Source: Blastocladiella emersonii ATCC 22665
Taxonomy: Eukaryota; Fungi; Blastocladiomycota
DNA length: 64,000 nt
NCBI GenBank assembly: GCA_025594325.1
Contig: JANHCV010000012.1
Span: forward strand, 558,001 to 622,000
Reading direction: 5' to 3'
The translations under genes were made by a program, and so were the position numbers. A model generated the notes under the pieces. The model was not told the origin of the DNA, ran no database searches, and was given only the letters and a program-made list of their open reading frames with translations. Positions within the stretch are counted from its first letter, which is position 1. Each line of letters begins with the position of its first letter. Below are positions 9,900 through 20,514 of the stretch, piece by piece.

Positions 9900-12272
9900 A
9901 TGGGCCAGTCGCAGTCGCGCACCGACGCCGGGAGCGCCATCGCCTTCCGCGCGTACACCGATGCGGAGCGCGACCTGCTGCGCCTCCTGCAGGACCGTGC
10001 CGCGGGCCGCCCGCTGCGCACGCCCACCTCCCCCGCCACCGCCGCCGCCGTCGCGGCCTCGCTCGCGTCCCCGTCCGCCACCATCACGCTGGTCCCGTCG
10101 TCGCTCCCGCCGCCGCTCTCGGCGCTCCTCGCCGCCGTCTACCCGCCCAACGAGCCCATCCCGCTCGACGCCGCCGTCGCGGTTTTGCGCGCGGCGCTGC
10201 TCGCGTCCCCGCCCGCCGCGACGCTGGGGCGGCCGCGCGATTCGAGGGCCCGTGCGGCGCATCTCGATGATGATGACGAGGAGGAGGCCGAGCATGCGGC
10301 GGAACCCGTGGTTGAGCCGCTCGATGGTGCCGCCGGCGGGAACGAGGACCTCGCGGCTGCCGCCGAGCCCGCCACGCTGCACCCGGCGGCGGACCCCGAC
10401 GTCGTCCCCGCGCCCCTCGAGTCTTCGTCCTCGTCGTCCTCGACCAACCTGCGCGTCGTGCGGTCGCAGGCGGGCCGCGCCGCCGTGTCCCCGCTCCCCG
10501 TGGCCAAGCTGTCGCCGTACCTGGCCGCGACTTTGGCGAGCGCGACGGTCGTGCTCCCCGACCACGTGCCCGTGCGCATGTCGGACCTCGAGTCGCTCGT
10601 CAACGTCGGCCTGTGCTCGAAAGGGCTCGTGGCGCTGTCGCCCGCCATCGCGCTGCTCAAGCCGACGGCCACGGTGCTGCAGCTGTGCTGCAACCAGCTG
10701 ACCTCGGTCCCGCCGCACCTCGGGTACCTGACGCAGCTCACGGTGCTGTCGCTCGCCAAGAACAAGCTCGCGGCGGTCCCGCCCGAGATCGCGCACCTCG
10801 CGCAGCTCGTCGAGCTCGACCTCTCGCACAACGTGCTGGGGGATCTGCCCGCCGCGCTCGGCCAGCTGCGCCGCCTGCACGTGCTGCGCGTCGACCACAA
10901 CCGGCTTACGGGGTTGCCGCCGCAGCTCGGCCGGCTCGCGCAGCTCGTGACGCTCGACGCGTCCGAGAACCCGCTCGCGGTGCTCCCCGCCGAGCTCGCG
11001 CGGCTCAAGCACCTGCGCAAGCTGCGCACGCGCGGGTGCCCGCTGCTCGCGCTGCCGGGCAGCGGCGTCTACGGCCTGCGCGACTTCCCGGACCCCGCGT
11101 CCCGTGTGCCGTCGCTCCGCGAGCTCGCGGCCCGCGCCATCGTCACGTCCAACACGTTGGTGACGCTGGGCGATCTGCCGACCGACCTCGCAGCGTACCT
11201 GACCTCGTTCCAGACGTGCACCTTCTGCAACGGTCCCTACTTTGCGCACCGCGTCGTCCGCACCAAGCGCATCGTCAAGAACGAGGTCAACCTCCCGCTC
11301 GTCTACCACATGTGCGCCGACCACTGGTCGTCGGAGCGACAGCGCGTCGCTGCCATGTTCGCCACGCCCACGTGTGTCACGACCGCTGACCCGGATAACC
11401 CCGCCCACCTCGCTGCCGGCGAGGCCGTGGTCGCGGTGCGTGGCCGGCCGATGGTCCCCGCCGTCCCTGCGCCCGCGGTTTTGGCAGCGGTGGGGGTTGG
11501 TGGAGTCGTGACGCCGCCGGTGCCGCTCGCGACGCCGCCACGGTCCCGCGCCGGGTCGCTCCCCGCGGCGATCGTCGCGCGCGCCACGCGCCGGTCCCGC
11601 GAACCGTCCTCGCGCCGCGGGTCCAGCGATGGCGTCCCGCTGCCCATGACCCCCGCGTCGGTCTCGGCCGACCTGTCGCTCGCCTCCTCCACCGCGTGCC
11701 TGACCCCTTCCGCCTCCGACGACGACGACGCGTCGGACTCCGAGCTTGAGGACGACGAGGGCAACCCGTTCGACCCGGCGTCGTACGCGCCGCTGACCTC
11801 GGGCCCCGTCGCCGCGCTTGCCGCGGCGATCGCCCTCCCGCCGCTCCCGCTCCTCGTCCCCGCGACCCCGACGCCCCCGCCCGCGCCGCCGTCGACGCCC
11901 AGCGGGACCGCGGGCCGGCCGCGCGCGGCTTCGGCGTCGGCGGCCGCGAAGAAGATGCTCAAGCGGTCGGCGTCGGTGCCCCTCGGCGGGCCGCGGCGGC
12001 GCTCCGGGATGCAGGCCTCGGCGTCCGAGCCCGCGTTGCTGAACGAGATGGACCAGCCGCCCGTCCCGCCGCTCCCCGAGATCGTCGCCGCGGCTGACGG
12101 GACGCCCGTGGTCGTTGTTGGGCGGGATGGTGCGCTCACGCCGATCGCGGAAGAGTCGAGTGGGAAGGCGGGGCGCCGGTGGAGCGGGGTCGCCGGGCTC
12201 GTGGCCCGGGTCCGGTTCGGCCGGTGGCGCGCGGAGGCGGCGGGGTCGGCGAGTTCGGCGGGCCGCGCGTGA
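9900..12272 (+). CDS. LRR protein with an LRRC58-like C-terminal BC-box/Cys module and N-terminal MGQSQS
   Basis: About 7 typical LRRs (LTVLSLAKNKLAAVPPEIAHLAQL), then VPSLRELAARAI...DLPTDLAAYL...CTFCNGPYF...LPLVYHMC, followed by a low-complexity tail. Confidence 0.8.
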   Translation: MGQSQSRTDAGSAIAFRAYTDAERDLLRLLQDRAAGRPLRTPTSPATAAAVAASLASPSATITLVPSSLPPPLSALLAAVYPPNEPIPLDAAVAVLRAALLASPPAATLGRPRDSRARAAHLDDDDEEEAEHAAEPVVEPLDGAAGGNEDLAAAAEPATLHPAADPDVVPAPLESSSSSSSTNLRVVRSQAGRAAVSPLPVAKLSPYLAATLASATVVLPDHVPVRMSDLESLVNVGLCSKGLVALSPAIALLKPTATVLQLCCNQLTSVPPHLGYLTQLTVLSLAKNKLAAVPPEIAHLAQLVELDLSHNVLGDLPAALGQLRRLHVLRVDHNRLTGLPPQLGRLAQLVTLDASENPLAVLPAELARLKHLRKLRTRGCPLLALPGSGVYGLRDFPDPASRVPSLRELAARAIVTSNTLVTLGDLPTDLAAYLTSFQTCTFCNGPYFAHRVVRTKRIVKNEVNLPLVYHMCADHWSSERQRVAAMFATPTCVTTADPDNPAHLAAGEAVVAVRGRPMVPAVPAPAVLAAVGVGGVVTPPVPLATPPRSRAGSLPAAIVARATRRSREPSSRRGSSDGVPLPMTPASVSADLSLASSTACLTPSASDDDDASDSELEDDEGNPFDPASYAPLTSGPVAALAAAIALPPLPLLVPATPTPPPAPPSTPSGTAGRPRAASASAAAKKMLKRSASVPLGGPRRRSGMQASASEPALLNEMDQPPVPPLPEIVAAADGTPVVVVGRDGALTPIAEESSGKAGRRWSGVAGLVARVRFGRWRAEAAGSASSAGRA

Positions 12273-12520
12273 GGAGGTTGGCGAGGAAAGGGAGAGGAAT
12301 GGGGAAGTTTCCTTGTGTACAGTTTAGCATTCGCATCATTCATTCGTTCATCCGTTGTAATTTTATCATTCGCACGCATCGCTGCTGGTCTGTTGGTGAG
12401 GGGTCGCTGGTCGGCGGTCGAGGCGGACGGAGGGCGGCGAAGTCGGAGTTCGACGTGAGACGTCTCATGTCCGTCCCCGATCGCCGCTCCCCACAACAAC
12501 ACTCGCACACACACACCACC

Positions 12521-13839
12521 ATGAATCCACCGGCGCCCACAAGTCCGCGCAAACCCACCGCGAAGCGCGCCCACTCCTCGTCCCCGTCGGCGTCGGCGTC
12601 GCAGACCTCGCCCACGTCGCGCGCGCTCGCCGCGGCCTCGCTCTCCCCCGCCAAGCGCTTCAAGTCCTCCGCCTCCACCCCCACCCCCGCCCCCGCGGCG
12701 ACCGACGACGACGCGTCCGAGATCTACGACCGGCAGATCCGCCTGTGGGGCGCGGCCGCGCAGCACCGCCTGCGGTCCGCGCGCGTCGCCGTCGCGGGCG
12801 ATCTCGCGCGCGGGCTCGCCGTCGAGACGGTCAAGGCGCTCGCGCTTGCGGGCGTCGGGACGCTGGTCCTTGTGGATGATGGACGGGTCGTGGAGGAGGG
12901 GGATTTTGGGACGAATTTCTTCGCCGCCGCGCAGGGCGGGGGGAAGACGGCGGTGGAGGTGATGAAGGAGGGCGTGGGGGTGCTCAACCCGATGGTCAAG
13001 GTCGAAGTCGTGCGCGGGGACGTGGAGAAGGGGGAGAACGGGTGGGTCAAGCTGGCGGACGTGGTGCTTGCGTGCGACGTGTCGATCCGCGCGCTGGTCC
13101 GCTTTCCGCTTACCCTTACACCACCGCCCACTAACCCGCCCGTCGCGTAGCTCGCCCTGTCCAAGACGACCCGCGCGCACACCGCCAAACTCCTCGCCGG
13201 CAATGTGTTCGGCAACAACGGCCTCGTGGTCGCGGACCTGCTGCGGCACACGTTCGTGACCGAGTCGACGGACGCGCCCGCCGTCAAGGACGGCGACCCG
13301 GTCGTCACGCGCGTCCGCCGCACCGTCGAGTACCCGAGCCTCGACCACGCCATGTTCGCGCACTCGCTCAAGCACGCGGTCCCGAACGACCGCGCCCGCG
13401 CGCGCGCCGCGACCGTCGGGTATTTGGGACTTGTCGGCGCGCTGGTCCCGTTCTGGCGCGAGCACGGGCGGCTGCCGACGGGCGAGGATAAGGAGACATT
13501 GTTTGCGTTCTGGGAGAAGGCGGTCGAGAAGGCCGGGGTGCCCAAGTTCGACGAGATCGATGCGGCGGCGCTCAGGTACGCCTCACGGTCTCACTCTCCC
13601 GCGAAACACACTAACCCCGACGCCGTAGCACGCTCCTCCGCGCGCCGCACGCCGAATCCAACGCGGCGGCGGCGATCACGGGCGGGGTCCTCGCGCAGGA
13701 GACGGTCAAGGCGGTGCAGGGCAAGCACCGCGCCCTCGCCAACACGTTCGTGTTCCTCGCCGACACGTCCTCGGGCGACGTCCTGGACCTCGGCACGCGC
13801 GAGGTCGAGGCGGTCAAGATCGCGGCCGACGGCGAGTGA
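12521..13839 (+). CDS. AOS1: SUMO E1 activating enzyme subunit 1 (ThiF family)
   Basis: EIYDRQIRLWGAAAQHRLRSARV, ETVKALALAGVGTLVLVD, LNPMVKVE, AVITGGVLAQETVKAV...PLANTFVF. Introns near 13100-13150 and 13576-13627. Confidence 0.88.
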
Positions 13840-14139
13840 GCGGAGGGGGGGGGAAGAGGCGAGGAAGTGGAATGAGACACGCGTTTTTTGGTCGGTTTCC
13901 GCGTTGGTCACCTGAGCGTGGGAACCGCGAAGGCGCGAGTGGCCCCGCCGCGCACGCCGCTGTGCACCCTGCAACGGGAGCGACGTGGACCCGTTCCCGG
14001 TCGGCTCGAGAAGGAAAGCGGGCGGTCCCTGAGCACCGAGTGCGCGAGCGGGCAGAGCCGAGATGAAGCTCCTCCCTCGGTTCTCCCTCTTCTCCCGCGA
14101 AGACCACTTCCATCTGCCCCTCTCGCCTCATCTGCAACC

Positions 14140-15471
14140 ATGGACGCATCGACCAAGACCTCGCTCGCCCCGCCGTCTGCCGGCGCCGCGAAACCGTCCC
14201 TCGCGCACCGCCGCCATCACGCGTCCATCATCGCCCCGCTCTCTTCTTCGGCGGTTGCGCCCGACGCGGCCGCGACCCTCGCGTACCTCACGACGCCGCC
14301 GACGTCGCCGCCCGGCGGCACCACCCTGCGCGCCATGTTCCACGGGCCGCACACGCCGGTGCTTCCCGCGGTGACGATGCCGCTCCCGTCGCCCGGCGCC
14401 GTCGTGCTTGACGCGCTGCACCCCGTGTCGCCGCTGCAACACGTGTCGCCGCCGCACGGCGTGCGCCGCGGGCGGAGCGTGTCGGCGGTCGATCCGGTCG
14501 TCGCCGTGCCGGTTGCCCCAGCAACACCCGCGACGCATCCGGCGGAGCCGGCACGCGAGAGCCACGCGGCCATGGAGAAACGCGTCCGCGGCCTCATGGC
14601 CGAGCTCGACGCGTCCATTTTTCGGAATGTGACGTCGTCGCTCACGTCGTACGTCCGCTCTCTCTTCGTTGGTTGGCAGTGGGTGCTGACGACGCGTGTG
14701 CGCGCGGGCTAGGTTCTTCATCGACACGGCGGACCTCGGCCACTTTGTCTCGCTGCCGCACCTGGTACGGTTTTTGGGCGGAGACGATCATGGCTCCGAT
14801 CACTGACTTTCGTGAGAGTAGGGCGCGAGCGCGTGCCCCGAGGCCAACCTCGTCATGCGCCTCGTCGAGGAGGCCCTCGCCAAGTCGTCGCGCCTCCTGT
14901 GCGGCGAGCCCGCGGGGCTCGACGAGTTTGGCGCCGCCCTCGCGATGCGGATCTCGAGTGGTACGCTCTCCCACCCCCCGGCATCTCACGAGAACGGCGC
15001 CTCACCTCTCGCCTCCCCGCCCGATCAGAACCCCGCGTCGTCGCCCCACTCGCCAAAGTCCTCGTCATCCTGCGCCTCGGCCACACCAAGCTCGCCGCGC
15101 ACCACGGCCGCCACCCGGCCGCCGCCGCCATGGCGAGCGAGTTTGCCATGTTCCTCGACGCCCAGGTCCAGGTCGCCGGCCGCCACGGCAACAGCGACCA
15201 TGCCGCGAAACCGGTCACGCCGCGCGCGCGCACCGTCTCCATGCCCGCCGGCGGGCCGCACCACCACCGGAAACCACTCCACGCGACGACGCGTTTGGCC
15301 AAGGAACCCGCGACCACCGAGATCGCCGTCGTCATCGAGCCCCTCGACGAGGCCCACGGCGGCGGCGGCGCGCGCCGGCCCGTCTACCTCATGCACTCGC
15401 ACGTCCATGGCGATGGGAGCGGGGTGGGTGGTGGGGAGGGCGGCGCGGCGCGCGCGGGTGGGTCGGCGTAG
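14140..15471 (+). CDS. Hypothetical protein (spliced)
   Basis: GC3-rich ORF segments (MDASTKTSLAPP..., MRLVEEALAKSSRLLCGEPAGLDEFGAALAMRIS) joined by GT-AG introns. No recognised domain. Confidence 0.6.
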
Positions 15472-15923
15472 CGAGGGGGTGGAGGGAAGGGGGAGGAGCG
15501 CGCGTAGTGGCGCGCTCGAGGTGTGGGTTGGATATACCAGTGCGAACGAGCGGTAGAGTGGCGGGTGAGGGAGGAGCAGGGGAGGGGTTAGGACGCGACG
15601 GGAAAACAGGTGAGGCTCACATGATGCTCGACGCTGTGTGGCGGCTGTGGCTCAAGGCCTGCGCGTGGTCGACCGGTACTCTCGCTCCCGGCACCAACGG
15701 CCGTGGATCTGAGATGAATTCATGAAGCAGACGCACTTGCGGCAACGTTGTCCCGCTGACGGCCACGCTCGGCGGTCCGCGCCTGGTGCACGCCAGTATA
15801 CTGCGCCCGCCGCCTCGCACGCGCGAAGCTGTACGAGCCGAACCAACCTCTCTCGACCGAGATCTTGCTATGCAGAAGTGAGTTCATGATTCCGAGTTGA
15901 CAATGAGAGTGCTTCGAGAGTGT

Positions 15924-17498
15924 TCAGCGCCGCGCGACGACCGATCCGGCGGGGAGGTACAGCGACTCCCTGTCCACGTCCGCGCCCTCCTCCGCCGACA
16001 CAAGGGTGGCCGCCGACGCGAGGCCTGCGGCCGCAGTCGCGTCGTTCAAGGGCGCCGGCGGCAGGTACAGGGTGCCCGAGCGTACGGCCCGCGGCACGCG
16101 AAGCGCCGTGTCGGACGTGTCGGGTCCGCTGCTGCCTTGTTTCGAGTCATCCTTGGACTGCTTGTCATCGGCCTGTGTCGTCCGCGCGCTGCGCCGCTTC
16201 CACACCACCGCGAGGCCAGCGGCCGCGGCAATGACAGCGAACGCACACGCCGCGCCGATGGCGATCATGAGGATGGGGAAGGGATCCGTCACACCCGTCG
16301 GCTGCGGCGGCGGTGAGACGCTCGTCGTTGCAGTCGCGGTCGCAGTTCCGCCGACGCTCGTACTCGCGCACGTCGGGACCGACGCGGCGCGCGCTTCGTC
16401 GAGGCACTTGCCCTGCAGGTTCGCCGCGTAGCAGTCGAACTGGTTGCGCTCGGTCGTCGCGTTGGCGGCGGCGTCTTTGAGCATGCACGAGCCGCTACAC
16501 GCGTCCGGTTGCGGTCAAGTTAGTGAACGCTATGCGACGGACTAGGGGACGACGTACCTGACTTGAATAGCGGGGAGCGGGCCAGTCAAGCTGTTGTTGT
16601 AGATTTGGCTGCGAGCGGACGGCAAGTGAGCATCGCGCTTGACCGATCTTTTCAGTGGCGCGGAACGTACAATGTGCCGAGCCGCCCCAGCTTCGCGAGG
16701 CCTTGTGGAACGGCGCCGGCCAGGTTGTTCGAATGTATCACACTTGACACGCGCGCGCGAAGTCCGTCAGCAATGGATGGGTGAGCGAGACTGCGGCCGG
16801 AAAACGCGTACAGCGACTCGAGTTGCGCGAGATCTTGAAGCTCCGACGGGATCGGGCCCGTCAAGCGGTTGGCATGGAGCCAGCTGGATGATATCGCGAG
16901 GGTAAGCGGTTGACGGAACGAGGCGGAGTTCGGGACGATCGTACATCTCGACCAGGTTGCTCAAGCGGCCCAGCTCCTTGGGGATCGCGCCAGTGAGTTG
17001 GTTGACGTGAAGGTAGCTACAACGGCGTCGGGCAACCCGTGAGTGATGAAGATGCGGCAGCAGGGTCTGTAGCACCGCGTGTACGCACAGGTTTCGAAGC
17101 TTGGACAACCCGGCCAGCTCGACGGGGATGCTGCCAGTCAGCTGGTTGTGGCCAAAGTGGCTACGCGCACGCGGCATCGGAACGCTCTAAATCCCGACTT
17201 GCGCCATTGAATCGACTGCACGTACATGACCTCCAGCTGGTCGAGACCAGCCACCTGCGCGGGAATCTGTGTCGTGTTGAGAACGCCGGCAAAGTTTCTG
17301 GTCGCGGACGAAGAGGAGGTGACATAGGTCAGCATCGGCCTGCAGCCCAAGTGATCGATGCAAGGAAACGTCAACTTACACCAAGGTCACACGCCCGTTC
17401 GAGTTGCACTTGACGTAGGGTGACGCGTCGCAGCAGTTTGTGGGAAGCGAACGCGACGTGATTTGGCCGAGGACGCTGCAGTCCTTGGCGCTGCTCAT
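15924..17498 (-). CDS. Plant-type LRR receptor-like single-pass membrane protein (multi-exon)
   Basis: Cys cap (DCSVL...NCC...YVKCNSNGRVT), exons encoding LTGSIPVELAGLSKLRNL, LTGAIPKELGRLSNL, MTGPIPSELQDLAQL, a Cys-rich juxtamembrane segment, TM helix ILMIAIGAACAFAVIAAAAGLAVVW followed by KRR, and a short tail without a kinase. The start codon is uncertain. Confidence 0.8.
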
Positions 17499-18099
17499 GC
17501 TGAAGTCGAGAAGGAAAGGCACGGAGTGGCGAGGGGAGCGAGAAGGCGGTTCAGCCGCGAGATGATCGGGGGGAAGGGGGTGCGCGCTTGTGGCCGCCCT
17601 CGATCGCAGCCAACGCGCCTCGGGCTGAAGGGCAGGTCGGCGCGACGCGTCGCGACGCGAACCCGTGTGACCCTCACGTGCGTGTGAACGCAAGCTGATC
17701 GGATCGGAGTTGATCACAGCTCACCTTGACGCTGCGTGTCGGCGAAAGTAAGGTCTTCTTTTCTTGAAACTCTGCCGCGAACTTGAGCTCTGTCGGCGCA
17801 ACCTCCCGCTTGCGAACCGCCCGCCACCTCGCGTTCCCGGATCGACATCTCTCGCGCTCGCACAGGACCAGTTTGCGGACTGCACGCTCTTGATCCTGCT
17901 CCTGCTGCCCGCGCGTCCGGTGCATCTCGACGAGCAGCTCCGTGGCGTTGCTCCAGCGCGTGGAGGCCGACTTGGCGAGACCGGCGAGGTGCTCGACCGC
18001 AGTGATGTTGGCGACCGCAGTGACGCTGGCCGCGGAGAGGGTCTCGCCGGCGCGGTGGGCTGACTTGAAGCGTTGGCGCGATGGCGACCACTGGGGTGA

Positions 18100-18277
18100 G
18101 GAGGGGATCCGTCACGCCCGTCGCCGTCCCGCTGACGCTCGCGCTCGCACACGTCGGGGCCGACACGGCGTGCGCTTCGTCAAGGCACTTGCCCTGCAGG
18201 TTCGGCGCATAGCAGTCGAACTGATTGCACTCGGTCGTCAAGTTAGCCGCGGCGTCTTTGAGCATGCATGATCCGCT
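18100..18277 (-). pseudogene. Orphan duplicate of the last exon of the LRR receptor-like gene
   Basis: SGSCMLKDAAANLTTECNQFDCYAPNLQGKCLDEAHAVSAPTCAS matches SGSCMLKDAAANATTERNQFDCYAANLQGKCLDEARAASVPTCAS at 16370-16497. The upstream LRR exons are absent. Confidence 0.85.
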
Positions 18278-18279
18278 GA

Positions 18280-20287
18280 GCACAATGCCGCTTCTTTCTC
18301 AGCTGTAGCTTTAGCGAGGCTGAGTTTCTGTTTGAGCAATTGAAACCTATCAGAGACATCAACCTGCACGTGAACCAAGCTTCGTCTGCAGTTCTGGCCC
18401 CCGACCCCAACTCTCTTGGTCTAGCTCTCATTCCAAGTCCCCGACTCCCCGCATTGGCCTCAGCCCGGTGTAATAAAAATTCTGACACTGCTTATTTGAC
18501 GAGGTGACCTACTTGAACGTCTTTGAGTGCGCGGCAAGTCGCAGCGACAGTGGAGCGGTCGGTCGCTGGTGTCTCCCGCTGCTGCGCCACCCGCTGAGCC
18601 ACCCGCTGAGCCACCGCTCTCCGACCCCGCCTGCAGCTCCGTCGCCAACCGTTACGACCGCTTTCGAACAACAATCAGCGCAGCATCAAGGTCGCGCAAA
18701 AATCACTATGAAGCAGCCGGCGCAAAATATAGGTCCTCTATTCCCGCTGTTTCCCCAAACTGACTTCAATCTGGCCGCCCGAACTGTCGCGCTTTGATCC
18801 GTCTTTTTCTTTCTCTTGAAGCGCAATAAAATTGAAAGTTTGTGAATCGCCCGATTACCGAGGTAGTTCAAGGTCATGGATCTCGGTTGTCGTTCGCAAG
18901 GAAATGGTTTCATTCGCGGCGATGGGTAGCGTCTACAAAGTGATTACTGAGGGGTAGCGATGACGTGACGTACACATTGACTGGAGAAAGCTCAACATGC
19001 ACGCAGCAAGGCGAGAGCGGTCCGACGCGACCCCGAAACAGACGGTGAGTACAACACCGGGGTCCACGACCACGACTGGATCACGCCCGCTAACTGAGCC
19101 TAGCCCGGCGATAAGAAAGAAGGGTCAGCAGCTTCAGGCGTATACGCGCCCGCTGTATCGTACTGAAAGTAGTCAGCCGCATTGAAAGTAGTCAGCCGCA
19201 AATCGTACTCGACACCGCGTACTACGTCGTGCGGGTCGACCTGCGCGACACAATTCTTTCTCGCTCCAACGCGTCGTTGACGAGGTTACGGGCGAGGCGC
19301 ACATGTACGTCGTTGACGCGATGGACATCAAGGACGGGCCCTGCGTCGAGATCATCTTGGGCTCGGTCCTGATCGCTGGTCAGACGTCGGCCGCGTGCGA
19401 AAGATACTCACGGCGACGCTCGTTGCGTTCCGCTCGATAGCCATCGCCCAGAACGCGAGTCAGGGTGACGCCCAGTTCATCATCCTCACGGGCTTTGCCG
19501 CGCTCAACAAGGAGTTCAGCTGCGATGTGTACACGACCAATATTGAGGTTGGCGGTGCCCAAATCATACACTGCGGCGCTTCACGGCGTTGTCCCAATTA
19601 TCCAAGTTTATATTAACCTTCCCGCCCACTGCAACACACCGCGCTTGATCCTTCACGCGCCGATCAGCAACCCAGCGACCGTCGCTGCCGCGGACCTGGC
19701 CTTGGCCTTCTCGTCAGTGGCTTCTTCACTCGCGAAGAGTGCCGCCGATGCAGCCTCGTACCAGTTTGGCGAGGTGGATCGCAAGATTACGAATCGCAAC
19801 ACAGAAAGCACGCGGCGGTAACAGGTGCGTGAGGTCGACTGCTCCTTAGACTGCTTCTCATGGACCGGGACCATGAGCAGGTGCTCGGGCGAACGTTCTC
19901 TCCAGCAAGGCTGCGGACGATCCGCGCTCAGGAACAAGGCGGCGTGGGCGGCCGCGACCTTGGCCACGAGGGCTTCTCCCGCTCCTCAACTTTGTTAACT
20001 CAGTTAACTTAACTGGCACGGACTTTCGGGCAGCCAGCGCGACATGTTTGAGTCCAGCCTCAGTTCCGACCATGAGCCACGGCGAGAGTGCTTGCTCAAC
20101 CGAATAACGTGATTTTCCGCGGCCACGATGCTCATGGCCGTGGGGGAGTTGGCCATGGACGCGTGCCTACCGCGCGCGTTGTACCTGCGCTGCTGTTCTC
20201 ATCATCGACACGGCAGACTAAAGCTACAGCTGAGACCCAAGTGTGTGCGCAGCACACACACCTAGTGCTTGCGTCGCGGCATTGTGC
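18280..20287. mobile_element. Putative ~2 kb non-autonomous element bounded by split inverted repeats
   Basis: GCACAATGCCGC (18280-18291) and TCTCAGCTGTAGCTTTAG (18297-18314) are matched by exact reverse complements at 20276-20287 and 20218-20235. A hairpin GTGTGTGC-GCA-GCACACAC followed by CTAG lies between the right-hand blocks. No TSD seen. Confidence 0.45.
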
Positions 20288-20314
20288 GGGTGGCTCTTGG
20301 TCGTCGTTAGGCGA

Positions 20315-20352
20315 ACGCGCTGCGCCACACTAGCTATGGCAGGTTGATCACG
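20315..20352 (+). promoter_or_regulatory. Recurrent upstream motif ACGCG(C)TGCGCCAC...TGATCACG
   Basis: One-mismatch copy about 190 bp upstream of the paralog 4 start. Confidence 0.5.
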
Positions 20353-20514
20353 CAGCGGTGAGGCGACGCCACAAGCACTGCCTGACGCCACATGCTTGCG
20401 GGCGGGCGCTCAGGGGAACGGGCGACGCCCTCGTCGCCACACCTTCGTCCGGACCTTCGTCCCTCACCGCCCGCTCTTTCTTCTGCCGCAGTGAGACCCA
20501 GGTCGGGCGCAAGG

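Noticed and set aside
4840-15560. Many long antisense or alternate-frame ORFs (e.g. 11303-13465, 9801-11408, 6756-8144)
   Set aside because: Shadow ORFs caused by high GC3 on the true coding strand; Arg/Pro/Ala-rich with no domain motifs.
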